A stretch of DNA of 63,998 nt, the filler included, from Circinaria calcarea (Eukaryota): assembly GCA_051942165.1 (NCBI GenBank). It is 4 parts of 4 records of this genome, joined end to end, with 100 filler letters (N's around TTAATTAATTAA, not from the genome) between each part and the next. Parts side by side here need not be neighbours in the genome. Positions count along the whole stretch, not along the records: positions 1 to 16,049 come from JAVECS010000337.1; 3 more parts are not named here. The stretch is one strand, 5' to 3'. Positions 1-12,219 of this stretch are shown one piece after another. Position 1 is the first letter of the stretch. Each line of letters opens with the position of its first letter. Position numbers and translations under genes: made by a program. Below the pieces are notes generated by a model. That model saw only the letters and a program-made list of their open reading frames with translations, was not told the DNA's origin and did no database searches.

Positions 1-179
1 ATCACCGCATTTTCTCAATCGCTGCATGTAGTCATCCAGGTCGAAATCAAGAGGTTGCCGAAAATCAGTAGTCAAGATATACGAGCCAGGTGTCATGTCT
101 CAACTCATCAAGCATTCAAGATTGCAGTCATGCAGAATGGAGTCATGGGCGAGAGAGTCACGATGATCATCGAGTCAAA

Positions 180-2153
180 TCATGCGGCTGGAGGCTGGCC
201 CTGTCCGGGCGGGCCCTGGCCAGGCGGTTGCTGTCCTTGTTGGGCCATTGCCGAATACCAAAGGGCCACGTAATTCTGATAACCTCCATACGGAGCGTAT
301 GGGTCATTCTCTGCTCCACCCTGGGGCATGGGACGGTTCATGGGTTGCACTTGTGGTTGTTGATTGTAGCCACCTCCTTGTTGTCCATATGGGGGCTGCT
401 GTGATTGTGAGTAGCGGTCATTATATTGATCATCACGTCGACCTCCACCACCTCCTCCTGGGCGATTCTTCTCCTCCTGTAGCGATATTAGAAGGCTATA
501 GGTAACGACCAAAGGAGGCAAACATACGACTGCATACACTTTATCCATAATGGCGCGTTTTGCTTGTTCGATCGCAGCTCGAGAGCCTACCAGCCCGATT
601 TCTCGTTCAAAATCTTGACCTGAAGGCTGTGCGACATTAATCTTACAACCGGTCGTAGCCTGCATATCTTTGATGGTTTCACCTCCTGTAAGGAATCATT
701 AGCTTCCCCGGATAGCTGGTATAATAGTTAAATTTACCTTTACCGATTATCATGCCTACGGCTTCCGAAGGAACCGTCATTGTGTCGTTGACTTTATCCC
801 CGTAGCTATCTCCACCACCAAAACCCCCATACCCCTGGCCTGGGCCCGGCATTGAATTTGGTCCAGGTCCACGGCCCATATCACGCTGAGGCCCACCGCC
901 TTGAGCAGCTAAGCTCTTTGTGTCACTGTCGACGATCTCCATAATCAAGTCTTTTGCCATCGCCGCCGCTTGGGGTGTTCCTATTAGGTTTACTGGTCGA
1001 AGCCCGTTGACGCTCTTTTCTTCACCAACGATGTTAACATGACATTGACTACGCTCTTGTAAATCTCGGATGGTTTCTCCGCCTCTTCCAATAATTAGCC
1101 CAACTGTCCGGTTCGGGACCATAATTTGCGTAGCATCCTCTCCAGGCCGTAAAGGAGGCTGATGGCCACCAACGCCCCCTTTATTGCTACCTGCTGCGAG
1201 TCGCTCCGGTGGTACATTACCTCTGGCTGGATTGCCATTCTCCTCAATTATGCGTGCAATCTCAGCTTTTGCATCTTCTCGTGCTTGCCGTGTTCCAGTT
1301 ATTTTACATTGTCGCTTTGGGCCAGTTGCGTCAGGGCCTGTTATAAATTGCACTCGAGTAGAAGTCTCGGCTTCAACGCGCCTTAGGTTCTCTCCTTGTC
1401 GTCCTATAATAAGTCCCACAAGGCCAGATTCGATGGTGAGAATTTCAACCCCTTCTTCTGCCCCTCCTCGGAAAGAGGATGGAGAGAAGTTCCCACCTGA
1501 ACCACGACTTGGACCAGGAGAATATGACCTATCACGAGAATACCCAGGACCGCTTGGGCGGCGATCATCACGACGCTCATCGCGGTAAGGATTGTAGTTG
1601 TTTTGAAAGCTTTCCCTTACAATGCGCGGTGGTGAGCGTGAGCGTGAGCGCGACCGCCGAAAGGTAGTCCGACCAGCTAATCTAGGATCTCCGTCGCGGT
1701 GAGGTACTAACATATAACCAAGTCAGTTCTGTGAGCCCATATTGTCTGGGCCGGTAATGACCCAGGGGACTCTACTTACGGCCACGAGAAGCATCGTGAG
1801 AGACGCCCTTTTCGGCGGCAATCCCTCTTGCTCTTGCAATCGCGTCCGCCAAGCTAACAGAGCCAGTATTGGTAGGCCTTATATTGCCAATATCCACTGG
1901 GCCAGACGCAGTAGGCTGAGGTAATTGGTAGCCTGCAGTGCCGAGTGGTGTAGGTTGTGACTGGTATGGGTTAGGGTAACCTTGAGGAATTGGTTGCTGA
2001 GGCGGCTGCGGTGTTTGGCTCGGTGTACCTCCAGGACGTTGCGCGGCTTCATGTGGGATATGTCAGTAGACTGGTAAGCGTGATGATAGAGAATGTGAAA
2101 GGAGATTTACCTAGTGCTGCCAGGATTTGGGTGATGTTGGACTGTTCTGCCAT
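180..2153 (-). CDS. KH-domain RNA-binding protein (FUBP/KSRP-like, three KH domains), multi-exon
   Basis: Three KH motifs (GLVGLIIGRQGENLRRVE, TVGLIIGRGGETIRDLQ, AVGMIIGKG) across ORFs 679-1713 and 180-665. RS-rich segment and C-terminal DPYAPYGGYQNYVALWY. First exon MAEQSNITQILAAL starts at ATG 2153, followed by a GTAAAT donor. Confidence 0.9.
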
Positions 2154-3778
2154 GTTTGCGTAGGATATTCTACTCGTCGTGTTTTATGCCTTGTGGAAAG
2201 TGGTGGATAGAGCTTTCTAGCTTTGCATGCTGAACGCCCTTGATTTAAAGTCCAGTAATGGCGTTGTTTCCAAGTAAAGTCTTGATACGATGTCAGTATG
2301 GGCCATTTCTTTTGACCGCAATCAGTAACTATGGGGTGTTACCAGCTTCTTTCTACGCTACACTATGATGCAGGCGGGAAAACGTTTGACCGTGCCGATG
2401 TATATATCCTTGGAGGCCGCCCGCGGGTGATTCCTTAACAAATCCGATTCCCGCAATACTATTCAACAGAAGTGACGATGCATAGACTTATCTCCTTACT
2501 TCTATTAGGTTTGTGCCTTTCGTTGGCTGTAGTAGCTTTCTTATGTCTGATCCCGAGTGCGTCTGCTATTACTCAGTCCGCTGGTAAGGGATGCAGAAAT
2601 TGTTGGGAGCTGTCACGAATCTCCTTAATTTCTTAGGCTTCTAGTTTTACTGTAGAGACATATGCAGTATCAAAAAATGAGCTTTGCCTCACGCTCCTTG
2701 ACAGGTACCAACTCGCTACTCAGTATTAGGTACTCTCCTTTAAGCTCCTTATATCCATTAGACATGTGCCATTTGACATTCGACTTTGACCTTTGACCCT
2801 GGATCCGATAAATATGAGGTAAATATCTCTGTAGGAGCCGCGCTGATGCCTGGTTGTCTCACCACAGAAGTTCTGTACAAAATTCAAACTGATTTGCGAG
2901 CACCACTTTTCTTCCCCCTATGCGTTGGCAGCCTGATCTGAGAACTCAGCACCATAGTCAGAGGGTCATCTTTGGGTTGTGCGGAGTGGTTACCAGATCC
3001 ACATTGCTCTTGTTTTTTGTCCGGGCGACCGCTCCTGAAATCGGTGGTATCGTCGGCTATACTGCTGCATTGGAGAATGACCTCCGCACGAGATGCTTAG
3101 TGTCCTGTCATATGGAATACTTCCGATGCTCATCATGGAGAAGCTGGATCTGTTCTGATGTACCCTTTATTGCCCTGTTGTTGGGACCATGGTCCAATTG
3201 GTTGGCCTTGCATCCAAGAGAAACCACGTTGGAATCAGCCGCTTGCTAGTCCTCTGGTATAACTAGGTTAGGAACGCTCTCGAGGAATATCGTGCAGTCA
3301 GCCATAGCGTACTAGCTATTGAGCAGTACGCGAAACTCTAGGCGCCTGTGATGCGGAGTTTCTCGATAAGAAGGCTACTACAGCTCTGCCTGGCCTGAAC
3401 ACAAGCTCCTGAAGGCTAACCAGGGTCCCTCGGTGTCTTCAAAGAACGCTATAGGAGCCGAGTCGCCCTATGGAAGGGCTTTGTGGCTGGCCCAGAGGCT
3501 CCCATCGGCGACGGTTGTAGTATGATCCGCTCGCTTCGCTGTGTTATGGCGACTCTTCATGTCCTCCCTAGACCTTACACATTGTCAGACACAGTCTTAT
3601 CTTGTGAACAGCTGAGTCTTGCTGCTCACCATATCCAGTGGCCCTTCTTTCTTTACCTGAAGAATACAAGGTATCTAATGCATGCGATGATCAGCCAGAA
3701 GACGTCTTTCTAATCAGGGGGAGTCTTGTCTAGCGGCCTTCAAACACAGCAAGTGGTGGATAGCAGGCAGAATGGTGA

Positions 3779-6259
3779 GTGCATGGCTTTCTGAAACATG
3801 GATGTTATTCTCTCAAGCTTTGGACGGCGCTGATATTAGTATCTGGAAAGAGTGGAGACAACAGCGGTAAAGGCCCTGACTGTCGGAGTCCGCCGGCTGG
3901 GGACGATGAAGACCAATCGGACTCGGTATATTATAGTAATGAGTCCGATAACGAGAGTCAAGATGAAAGCAGAGACGAATTTGTGGATGCACTGCAATAT
4001 TTAGAAGACCTCAGTGTGCATTCACAAACAAACATCACAAAACAGATCCTAGGGTTTGAGAAAAACTTAGAATCCCCGATTGTGCATTCCAAAACAACCA
4101 TCACAGAACCCATCTTAGCGTCCGAGGAGTTCGCCATCGATACAGACTCAACAAACTCACCATCTGAGCTCTCACCCAGTATGTCCCCAGCAGAATCAGC
4201 AAGTGGCGGACGGCCTCGCTCAGCATCCAAGTCCATGAGCCAAATGGAGCTGGAGAGGCTCAAGGCGCCAGCTGATGATCTTGCTACCACCGTCGAGCGA
4301 CTCGGTAGCGAGCCATCACCTTTGTCTTTGGAGGAAGCGAGAGAAGTAAGACGCGAACAGCGTCTAAGGGACCGTAAAGTTAGGTCAGATAGCATTGAGT
4401 TCATACGCCAGCGGACTGCTTCTCGGAGGTCTTCGGCTAGTCAAACCTCCGATTCAGAGCAGAACAAACAACGCTCAGCGGCATCTTTAGTACCCTCTAC
4501 AATTATGGCTGGTTCATCTTCTAAATACCAGGAAAAGGCGCAACTGGATGAAGAAGCTGCAAGGAAGGTAGCAATACCCTTTTCGCTCATGAATCCAACG
4601 AAATCTTCCGTCACTGCACCTACAACTCCATACGAAGGCTCAGTCGTTGCAAGCGAGAGCAACACAGAAGGTGGTCAAACATCCCAGTCACCTCAACTAA
4701 CTCGCCAAGGCGAACGCGAGAGCCTAGTTGAAGGAATCTCGAACCTCTCCCTATCTGACCCAGTTGAGAGCAACAATAACCACAGCGATCCTCCCTCGAT
4801 CACCATCGCTTCTCATGAGACCGGAAACTCGCGGAACAATCCTCAACCTTATCGCTCCAGTTCACTGCCCACCATTCCGGAGTCAACAATGCCTGAAACT
4901 TTACCAACAATCTTGATATCTGGACCAGTCCAGCATGGCGAAGATCAGTCCGACGAGGAGATTGACGCATCGACAATATTGGTGGAGCAGACGCGAGCTA
5001 GGATCCACGGCCCCCGAACAGAACCTCACGCCTATACTCCCTGGGCTGCCAACTTGAAATGGTTCTATATCAGTGGAAACGCGGAGGCTGATAGGCGTGC
5101 TATCGAAGGAGGCTCAATGCCGTTCAATAACCCCAAGATCTACATCTCAAAGGATAACAAAGTCAGAAACCAACCCGGTCGAGAAGGAGCGCCGGCAGTC
5201 CTGTCCTCTACTGCTACTAGTCACCCATACCCTGTAGTCACCTTCGATGAAACAAACTTCCGCTTTGTAATTTCACCAAGCTTGCACCCTTTCCAGGACA
5301 TTCGAAACGAACATGGCCATCCCGACTTCCTCCCAGTTTCGAAGATCTGCGAATACCAAGCTTATGAATTTGCTGGCTTCGATGTTTGGCGTCACGATCG
5401 CAACACTCTCGTCTGCTTTCTCTCAACCTGTCATGCCGTCACTGTGGACCACGAAATCCCGACTGTCATCTGCCACGGCTGTGGTCCCAAGTCGTACACT
5501 CGTTACTGTTGCAAGCAGCATCTATTTGACGATATGAGAGACCATTGGAAGGAATGCGGCTCCACAACGACCCTTCTTCCCTACCCCGTCGATGGAGGTA
5601 CTCAGCCAGCTCGGTTCAACCGCCGCTACCCTGCAATCGCCGACATCAACGGATTCCGCTCATTCCAGAAACACCGACAGCGGACCCATGCCATATACAA
5701 CAAAGGTCAATACACTATGTTTTCTACGCACGGGATGCCCCTCATTATCGAATGGCCGGAACACCTAAAGGGCACGTACATGGGTCGAGTAGAGCGCCTA
5801 CTGAACATCGCCCTGCTCGACCAATCGGAGACGGCCGTCATCCAGTACCTATACATGTTACTGCGCAGCGTCCTCCGGGCCAAGAACCAGTGGAACGGCG
5901 TCCACGCGTTCATCCTGAAGATCCAGTTCAAGCTGGAATTCGCCTGGGAGGCCGCCGTGGGCCCAGACGAGGATCCCTGTGAATGCGACTGGTCGGGAAA
6001 CGCGAGTGGTTTGGCTTGCAGCTCCAGCTGCCGGAGCCTCCAGTTGAACGTCGGGGTGATCTCCCGTGGCGGCGGGTTGGTCACCCGCGTCGAACAGCTG
6101 GAGGCCCGGCACTGGCAGCTACGTGTGTGGCGTCGGCAGCATCCGACGGTGAAGGCGTGGCGTCGTCGTTTGGTGGGGGAGGGGTTCGTCGGGGTGGATA
6201 AGGAGGCGTGTGCTCGTTTGGGTGTGGAGACTTTGTGGGCCTACTGGGGCAAGCTTTGA
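3779..6259 (+). CDS. Hypothetical protein with long Ser/Glu-rich disordered N-terminus and a MYND-type zinc-finger-like module; start uncertain
   Basis: 826-codon ORF with Cys/His pattern CFLSTC..CHGC..YCCKQHL..D..HWKEC. A probable intron at 3775-3839 (GTGAGT...TAG) indicates further upstream exons. Confidence 0.7.
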   Translation: MHGFLKHGCYSLKLWTALILVSGKSGDNSGKGPDCRSPPAGDDEDQSDSVYYSNESDNESQDESRDEFVDALQYLEDLSVHSQTNITKQILGFEKNLESPIVHSKTTITEPILASEEFAIDTDSTNSPSELSPSMSPAESASGGRPRSASKSMSQMELERLKAPADDLATTVERLGSEPSPLSLEEAREVRREQRLRDRKVRSDSIEFIRQRTASRRSSASQTSDSEQNKQRSAASLVPSTIMAGSSSKYQEKAQLDEEAARKVAIPFSLMNPTKSSVTAPTTPYEGSVVASESNTEGGQTSQSPQLTRQGERESLVEGISNLSLSDPVESNNNHSDPPSITIASHETGNSRNNPQPYRSSSLPTIPESTMPETLPTILISGPVQHGEDQSDEEIDASTILVEQTRARIHGPRTEPHAYTPWAANLKWFYISGNAEADRRAIEGGSMPFNNPKIYISKDNKVRNQPGREGAPAVLSSTATSHPYPVVTFDETNFRFVISPSLHPFQDIRNEHGHPDFLPVSKICEYQAYEFAGFDVWRHDRNTLVCFLSTCHAVTVDHEIPTVICHGCGPKSYTRYCCKQHLFDDMRDHWKECGSTTTLLPYPVDGGTQPARFNRRYPAIADINGFRSFQKHRQRTHAIYNKGQYTMFSTHGMPLIIEWPEHLKGTYMGRVERLLNIALLDQSETAVIQYLYMLLRSVLRAKNQWNGVHAFILKIQFKLEFAWEAAVGPDEDPCECDWSGNASGLACSSSCRSLQLNVGVISRGGGLVTRVEQLEARHWQLRVWRRQHPTVKAWRRRLVGEGFVGVDKEACARLGVETLWAYWGKL

Positions 6260-7237
6260 GGCCGGGGGAAGGGGGCCGTTTTGCAATCAACAGTTTGCAT
6301 TTTGCAATGTGGTAGGATAGTCTGATGACTGAATGAATGAACGATTTGCTCTTGCTCGATCTTGCTGTGATTGTGCAGTAGTAACCTCCCTCGTAGGACA
6401 TGTCACCGAGTGATCAAATGTTCTCCTATTGGAATAACCGGGTATCAATGTTTCAAGTTGAGGTTAAGCAGAGAAGGCTTTCTATCAAGGCTCTGACACC
6501 AGTTAACCACTCCTTTTCTTATACAATACTCCATTCACAGACGCTACTTCTGCCTAATAACTGCGGAGATAGCCCTGCAGAGCGGACGGTGCCATAGCAA
6601 TAACTGGTGGTATTATCAGAGGCTAGCTATGGTTAATATCTAAGGTACTCTATTATACTGCAAAAAACTACAAGGTAAACATTGCATCTAGTATAAGCTT
6701 TATTTTGAGCCCTGTTTTATAAAGAAAGGCGTCATCAAAGTAGATCTGAAAACAGCAGCTTGTAATCCGGCTATATTTACACGATGATCACCTTTCTGCC
6801 TTACCCTATTCAATACTTCTCCTAACAATCTCACTTCCTATTTGTTTGTTTGGTCACTACAGAACTATGACCTCCCTGAAGTCAGCCACAGAGTTAAAAT
6901 ACATGGGTGTATGAAAGTCGTTGGGAAGCATAGACAGGAGGTGAGTATCTTAATGTAGACACCACGGTGATGGAAAGGTTTATATTGGTGAATGTTATCG
7001 ACATTATGCATCATAAGTATCACCTGTGATTGATTTCCAATGTCTAATCAAAGTTATTCAACAGTACTTTGAGCCAGAAACCAAAGAAAACGACCTCGAT
7101 AGGTCAATGATGAAAAACTTTGAGGATTCCTATCCCATGGCATTCCCTGATCCCTTTACTCCACACCAGCTGCGATGTTTGCTCCGATTGCCCACCATCA
7201 ACCAATGGAGTGTTTTTTTTTAGAAAAAAAAAACAGA

Positions 7238-7954
7238 TTACCATGGTTGGTCGATGGTGTAATCGTATTGCAATGCTAGCTCTTGCATATCCGCCTGGCC
7301 CTCCGACCAACCATTATCGATATCCTCCACCGCCTCCGTAGGTCCTCCGTCGAAGCAGCCAATCATTGCATCTTCGAGGTAACGACCAGCATCATACCCA
7401 TCCGTCGACAGCCAGAACACGCGCACCTCGGGAACTCTAACCTTGTCCACCAGAGCTTGTTGGATCTTGGCAAACTCATGATATTCGTCCGCCCAGACAG
7501 GTCCGCTGCCAATGCGATAAGGACCTGAAGGGAAGACGATCTCCAGCCACTTCACACGGAAATCGCACATGCAGTTTCCGCGGAAGAAGTTCACCCACCC
7601 ATCCAGATACGGCCCGAAAACGTCAATCTCAAGCTCGAGGTATTTGATGAGACGCGTATGATTGTTCGCCTTGGGATGCAGGATGAAGTTCTTGGCGTCA
7701 TGGGGCGACGTGAATCGGATGGTGTTCTTGGCGTAAAGGACGTGGAGGCCAACGGAACGGAGTGACTTGCACGTGTCGAGGATTGACACGTCAAGGAGAG
7801 TTGTTGCCATATTGACCAATGGGCGATCCTGGCCGATGACCCGGAAGTCGAAGATAGGATTCTCGATCACGTTTTCCTCGCTCGGGCAGAGAATGAGATC
7901 AAGGATCTGGCACTGGATCTCGACCGGAATTTTCATTAGGCTTGAAGCTGCCAT
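7238..7954 (-). CDS. F-box-like (DUF7730-type) protein, array copy A
   Basis: N-terminal LMKIPVEIQCQIL, then SILDTCK..VGLHVLYAKNTIRF and IKYLELEI. Predicted 5'UTR intron 7982-8031 (GTATAG..CTAAC..TAG). Confidence 0.75.
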   Translation of the reverse strand: MAASSLMKIPVEIQCQILDLILCPSEENVIENPIFDFRVIGQDRPLVNMATTLLDVSILDTCKSLRSVGLHVLYAKNTIRFTSPHDAKNFILHPKANNHTRLIKYLELEIDVFGPYLDGWVNFFRGNCMCDFRVKWLEIVFPSGPYRIGSGPVWADEYHEFAKIQQALVDKVRVPEVRVFWLSTDGYDAGRYLEDAMIGCFDGGPTEAVEDIDNGWSEGQADMQELALQYDYTIDQPW

Positions 7955-9937
7955 GGCGAATGGGGTCTTGGTGTATTAGACCTATCAATGTTAGTGGCCA
8001 TGCTATAGAGCTTTATGGTAGTTAGCTATACCTTGAGACTGCGTGTGACTGGAGAAGAGGTAGTAGAGTAGCTGGCTGTTAGCCTTTTGCTCAAAGAATA
8101 ATGCTGCAATTACTGGGGATCTACGTAGAGTCAGAGAGAAGATGAAGAGTGAAGACGAAGAGTGAAGATGAAGTACCTGCAAGAGTCATATATAGAAAGA
8201 TTAGAGTGTTGAATCACTGGGGAGTGTTATATACTAGAAGTGTTGGAGGTAAGGGAGCCAGTTAAAACTCAAATGCACTGTTCTGACTAACCACGCTTCA
8301 GCTTCACGCTGGCAACAACACCACTAGATAGTCTCAGACGAAAAGCCAGTGCACTTAGGTTCTACCCGGGCTCCTGCTCTGTCGAATGGCAACACGATGA
8401 ATTAACCGGAAGGGCAGAAAAACAACGCATTTGGGTTCTAACCGGTTCCATTTCCTCCGATAGCAACACTGCTAAAAGACTGGATGAAATAGGTAAATCT
8501 ACTATATAGAACCTAATGGTAAAGCCCGCAGTTGAAACAGGAGAAGACTTAGGGAAGAAAATCATTAGGATACTGGTTCTGCCTGTACTAAGTTTAAAAC
8601 CCGTGTATAGTAAGCTCGCGGAGAAAGTACTGGGAAGAGGCAGTTAGCATTAACTGGGAAAGCGACTGTAGCCTAGCTAGCAATTCAACTTGCGACTTCA
8701 TATATCCTTTGGCTCCTTGTCTTACTTCGGGGGTTAAAGCTTCAATGTCGATGTCGTCTACCGCGGGTGCCGCTAATACTGATCCCGGTTATGTCAGCCT
8801 TACCATTACCCCTATTCTTTAGTACCCGATGCCCCTTAAAAGCGGTGACCTAGGTTCTATGTCGGAAAACAAGGTTTGTCAGTGGCGGAACATGAAGTGT
8901 GGAAAGGCTGTTCACTTACTATAGTGTTCCCTCTACTTAAATACTAATAATCGCGATCTTGGCCAAGCCGTACCTTCTCCCGTGATAACCTGCCACCGGT
9001 TTCAAAAGCTACCAACTGGTGTAATCTGGGTAATCATTTACGGCCACGAATTTGGCCGCTTCCTTTTCGCCATCAACCTCTGCGGCTATTCCGCTTGATA
9101 TGTCCTCGGGGAATAAAACTCCTTCGGGTTTTAACGCCATTCGGCCAGAACAATCTCTTTCTCTTGTTGAATTCGATTTTATACAAACTTTAACATCTTT
9201 CTCTTCAGTACTTCGTCTCCTTCGTCAGTTGCTTCTTACGTTTGGTCTTGTGGGAGCTGGGCTAGCTTACGGACGTCCACGGTCCCGTTTGGTGTGGCGT
9301 ACTTCTCGTCGAACAAGATATACTCCCTCTTTATCTAACTTCCGGAAGAATCGCTCAGGTGGTACTTGAGTTTCTCCTGTGGTTCGACTGTGTTTTCCGC
9401 TGTTCTGGTGGAAGATCTTTGAACGTCTTTAAGAGAGATTAATACCAGGAATTATAAAGTGATTATGACAGGGACCATTATTGCTCCTGTGAAGCAGGAT
9501 TGGTACTCCTGACAGATTTCGTCCATTCAATGCGATCCGTCATTTTATCTTTGTCATATATGTACTGATCGGAAGTATTTTGGTGAAAAGGTACTATATG
9601 AACACTAATGCCCTAGTTTAATTTAGCTTTCAGAAATTTCAACGGAGATGTCCTCTTGTAGTTAGAAAAACATGGCTAATGTGCAACCGGCTCTTTCTGA
9701 TAACATATTTTTTTTGGCTCATCGGCCCAGGCGTTCCACATCAAAAGCCTATTCTAAAGGATGAAAATAAGATGTCTCGAGTGGCGGCGGGTGTGTACAG
9801 CCAATGAACCCTTTGAGACTTGTGAAGAAGATGTCAAGCATTCTAAACAATGAATGCGTCGGCTACTCCGTAGGCCGCCGCTATCCAGGTATTCGAATTC
9901 TCCTGGCTTCCTTCCTTGCCGTAATCTAACGTAGGGG

Positions 9938-10375
9938 TCAGATAGGATAGAGTCCCTTCTTTAAATCCCCGGCCTTGGGAATCGTTATACCCATCCACAG
10001 ATATTTTGTAGACACCGGATTACCTTCCAATTCTGCAGCTGACGGTAATTGTGCCTCTTCCACGTTCTTAAAGCCCCCCGTCATTGAGAACTCCAGTTTA
10101 TCGCAAAGTTCGTCTGCGCCTACCCCCATACACCCTATGCCTTGGCGTCTTCAGCTCGTACATTCGCGATAATAACGTTGGCTACATCGTTCAATCCGCT
10201 TGTGCCAAAACCGCGATATTCCGATAACCAGATGTGGAGATTTCTGATATGAGGAAACGCATCCGTGAAGCTTCCATCTCCCGGGAAATTCATTCAGTCC
10301 GTGACTTCAGGATTGAAGGCGTTGATTTCAGAATGGAGATGGTGAATTAGGTTATTATGTGGGCTAATGATATCA
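9938..10375 (-). pseudogene. Truncated pseudogene paralog of the F-box-like gene at 11515-12219
   Basis: Translates as LIHHLHSEINAFNPEVTD*MNFPGDGSFTDAFPHIRNL..ANVRAEDAKA*GVWG(frameshift)GADELCDKLEFSMTGG, aligning to MIRHVELEVNVFSWEVDEWTEYVGSGDFGRDFLNLKL..SNVKADIAKVWGIWGDGADIIADSLEDCMTRGG. Stops at 10294-10296 and 10135-10137 replace Trp; 1-nt frameshift near 10125; N-terminal half absent. Confidence 0.85.
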
Positions 10376-11514
10376 TATTACCGACAGTGACTGTTGACTC
10401 CTCACTATAAGTAGATACCACAATTCAACGCGACTATGAAGAGCATAGAAGAGACTCATATATATCTCAACGACGCTGGCAAACTATCTCTATAACAATA
10501 ATCAACTCCCTTCACAATTGAATATGCAGGAACTTGATAATGGAATAGGCAGCAAGTCTTGGGCCTGATACCATACTGATGGATCCTAACGGCCTAGGTG
10601 AGACCCGAAACCTAGCAGATATCGGGCATAGTGATATGTTCTAACAAGTAAGACATTTTTGTGGTCGATGTGATGGTCAGGTATGATTTTGCAGACATTG
10701 TGCCCAATGGATGGCCTTGCTGGGCTAACCTTATGGGGCCTAGACTCAATCATCTTAGATCAGTCCCAAAACTAGACAACAGATGATTATAGAAGACGGC
10801 CTGATTTCGCCATAGCTGCTCGCGGAAGATAACCTCTAATACAGAAATAGATGAAGATGAGGCAGCCAAAATTAACATGATATCCAAAGGCAGCCAGGGA
10901 AAATCAATAAAATGCAGATGCTACGGATAGCGATATTCTGCTCTTTCTTGCTACAGACTTTCACCCTCCATAAGGCGCCTTTTTTGAATATCATGCCAGG
11001 GGGAGCTGGGGTTCTGGCAGTCCATTGGCATGTTGCAAAGACTTGCTGTTGGCAGACTAAATATGCTCTGCGGATTGGTCGCTTAAGAAATTGTAGAGAA
11101 CTGTATATCCTACCTTATCTCTTATATAGGCGGTTATAAGGATTCAGTGGTTGCCGAAAAAGTTTACTGAAGCGATAACTAGAAAGTCTCGGTATGCAAC
11201 CTCAAAGCGATGCAAGGTCACAAGGGCCCGCAGGTGCACTGACCCGATTGTTCAATTCGGAGCATGGCAGTAATCTCAATACCTTAAATATTTTATTCTT
11301 ACCTTTGATGTTGTCGCCGAACGTTTATTGATGGAGGATGAAGGTTCCAATGTACTCCAGGTTGTATGTGTAGAAGGACTGAAAGACGAGGCAGTGAACG
11401 AGCAACGAGCGTGAAGTTAGGTAAAGTAAGTACAGAAAAAATATAGCGTATGGTTAGAACATCCATCCATCACAATACTAGATCGAAATATTCTAACGAC
11501 AGCCTTTCACCATG

Positions 11515-12219
11515 CTACCAGAAGCCTAATTCGTGATCTAAATCCTCAGCATGTTGTTCCTCCTCAAGGTACGAAGATGAGACTGCATCAGGGAAACCGA
11601 AATTTGTCTCCGGCCCAACTGCATTCAGCATGTGCGTGGTTCCACCGCGGGTCATACAGTCTTCCAAGCTATCGGCAATTATGTCGGCCCCGTCCCCCCA
11701 GATTCCCCAGACCTTTGCAATATCCGCCTTCACATTGGACCTGAAGGCCTCAACAAGGAGGTCAAAGTGCGTGGTACCCATAGGCGAAAGGAATTCGGAT
11801 TGCGCAAAGCCGCGAAAGGTGGTGAAATCGATGTCGATAAGCTTCAGGTTTAGGAAGTCCCGGCCGAAGTCGCCACTTCCCACATACTCCGTCCACTCGT
11901 CAACCTCCCACGAAAAGACGTTGACTTCCAGTTCCACATGGCGAATCATGGAGCTGAGTGATTGATAAGCATTAATGATCTTGGTGAACTGACGGATGTC
12001 GTTGGCGCTTGTGAATTTGAACGAGTTCCTCCCGTACAGGATCTCTAGGCCGATGAGATGTAATTGCTTTTCGGCGGTTAAGATGGGGGTGTGTATGGTG
12101 CCAGGAAAGCCCTTCCCTTCTTGTCCAGAATTTTCGAACACCTCTCCACGATCTAAGTGCAGAACGAGATCCAGGGTTTCGAGTTGCAATTCGGACGGTA
12201 AAGTAGATAGTGCTGCCAT
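11515..12219 (-). CDS. F-box-like (DUF7730-type) protein, array copy B
   Basis: LSTLPSELQLETL, ILTAEKQLHLIGLEILYGRNSFKF, IRHVELEV. Predicted 5'UTR intron ~12239-12298 (GTAAGG..CTAAT..TAG). Confidence 0.75.
   Translation of the reverse strand: MAALSTLPSELQLETLDLVLHLDRGEVFENSGQEGKGFPGTIHTPILTAEKQLHLIGLEILYGRNSFKFTSANDIRQFTKIINAYQSLSSMIRHVELEVNVFSWEVDEWTEYVGSGDFGRDFLNLKLIDIDFTTFRGFAQSEFLSPMGTTHFDLLVEAFRSNVKADIAKVWGIWGDGADIIADSLEDCMTRGGTTHMLNAVGPETNFGFPDAVSSSYLEEEQHAEDLDHELGFW

Noticed and set aside
1184..6084. Numerous antisense ORFs over the KH and MYND-like genes (and similarly over STB3, SEN15 and ACL4)
   Set aside because: Shadow ORFs expected opposite GC-rich coding sequence.
7211..7235. 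T-run/A-run hairpin just past the stop of F-box-like copy A
   Set aside because: A simple homopolymer juxtaposition; no evidence of function, and bacterial-type terminators do not apply.
8700..9430. Possible decayed minus-strand ORF (Glu/Lys-rich, only TAA/TAG stops) inside the F-box-like array
   Set aside because: Stop density is near random expectation and I recognise no homology.
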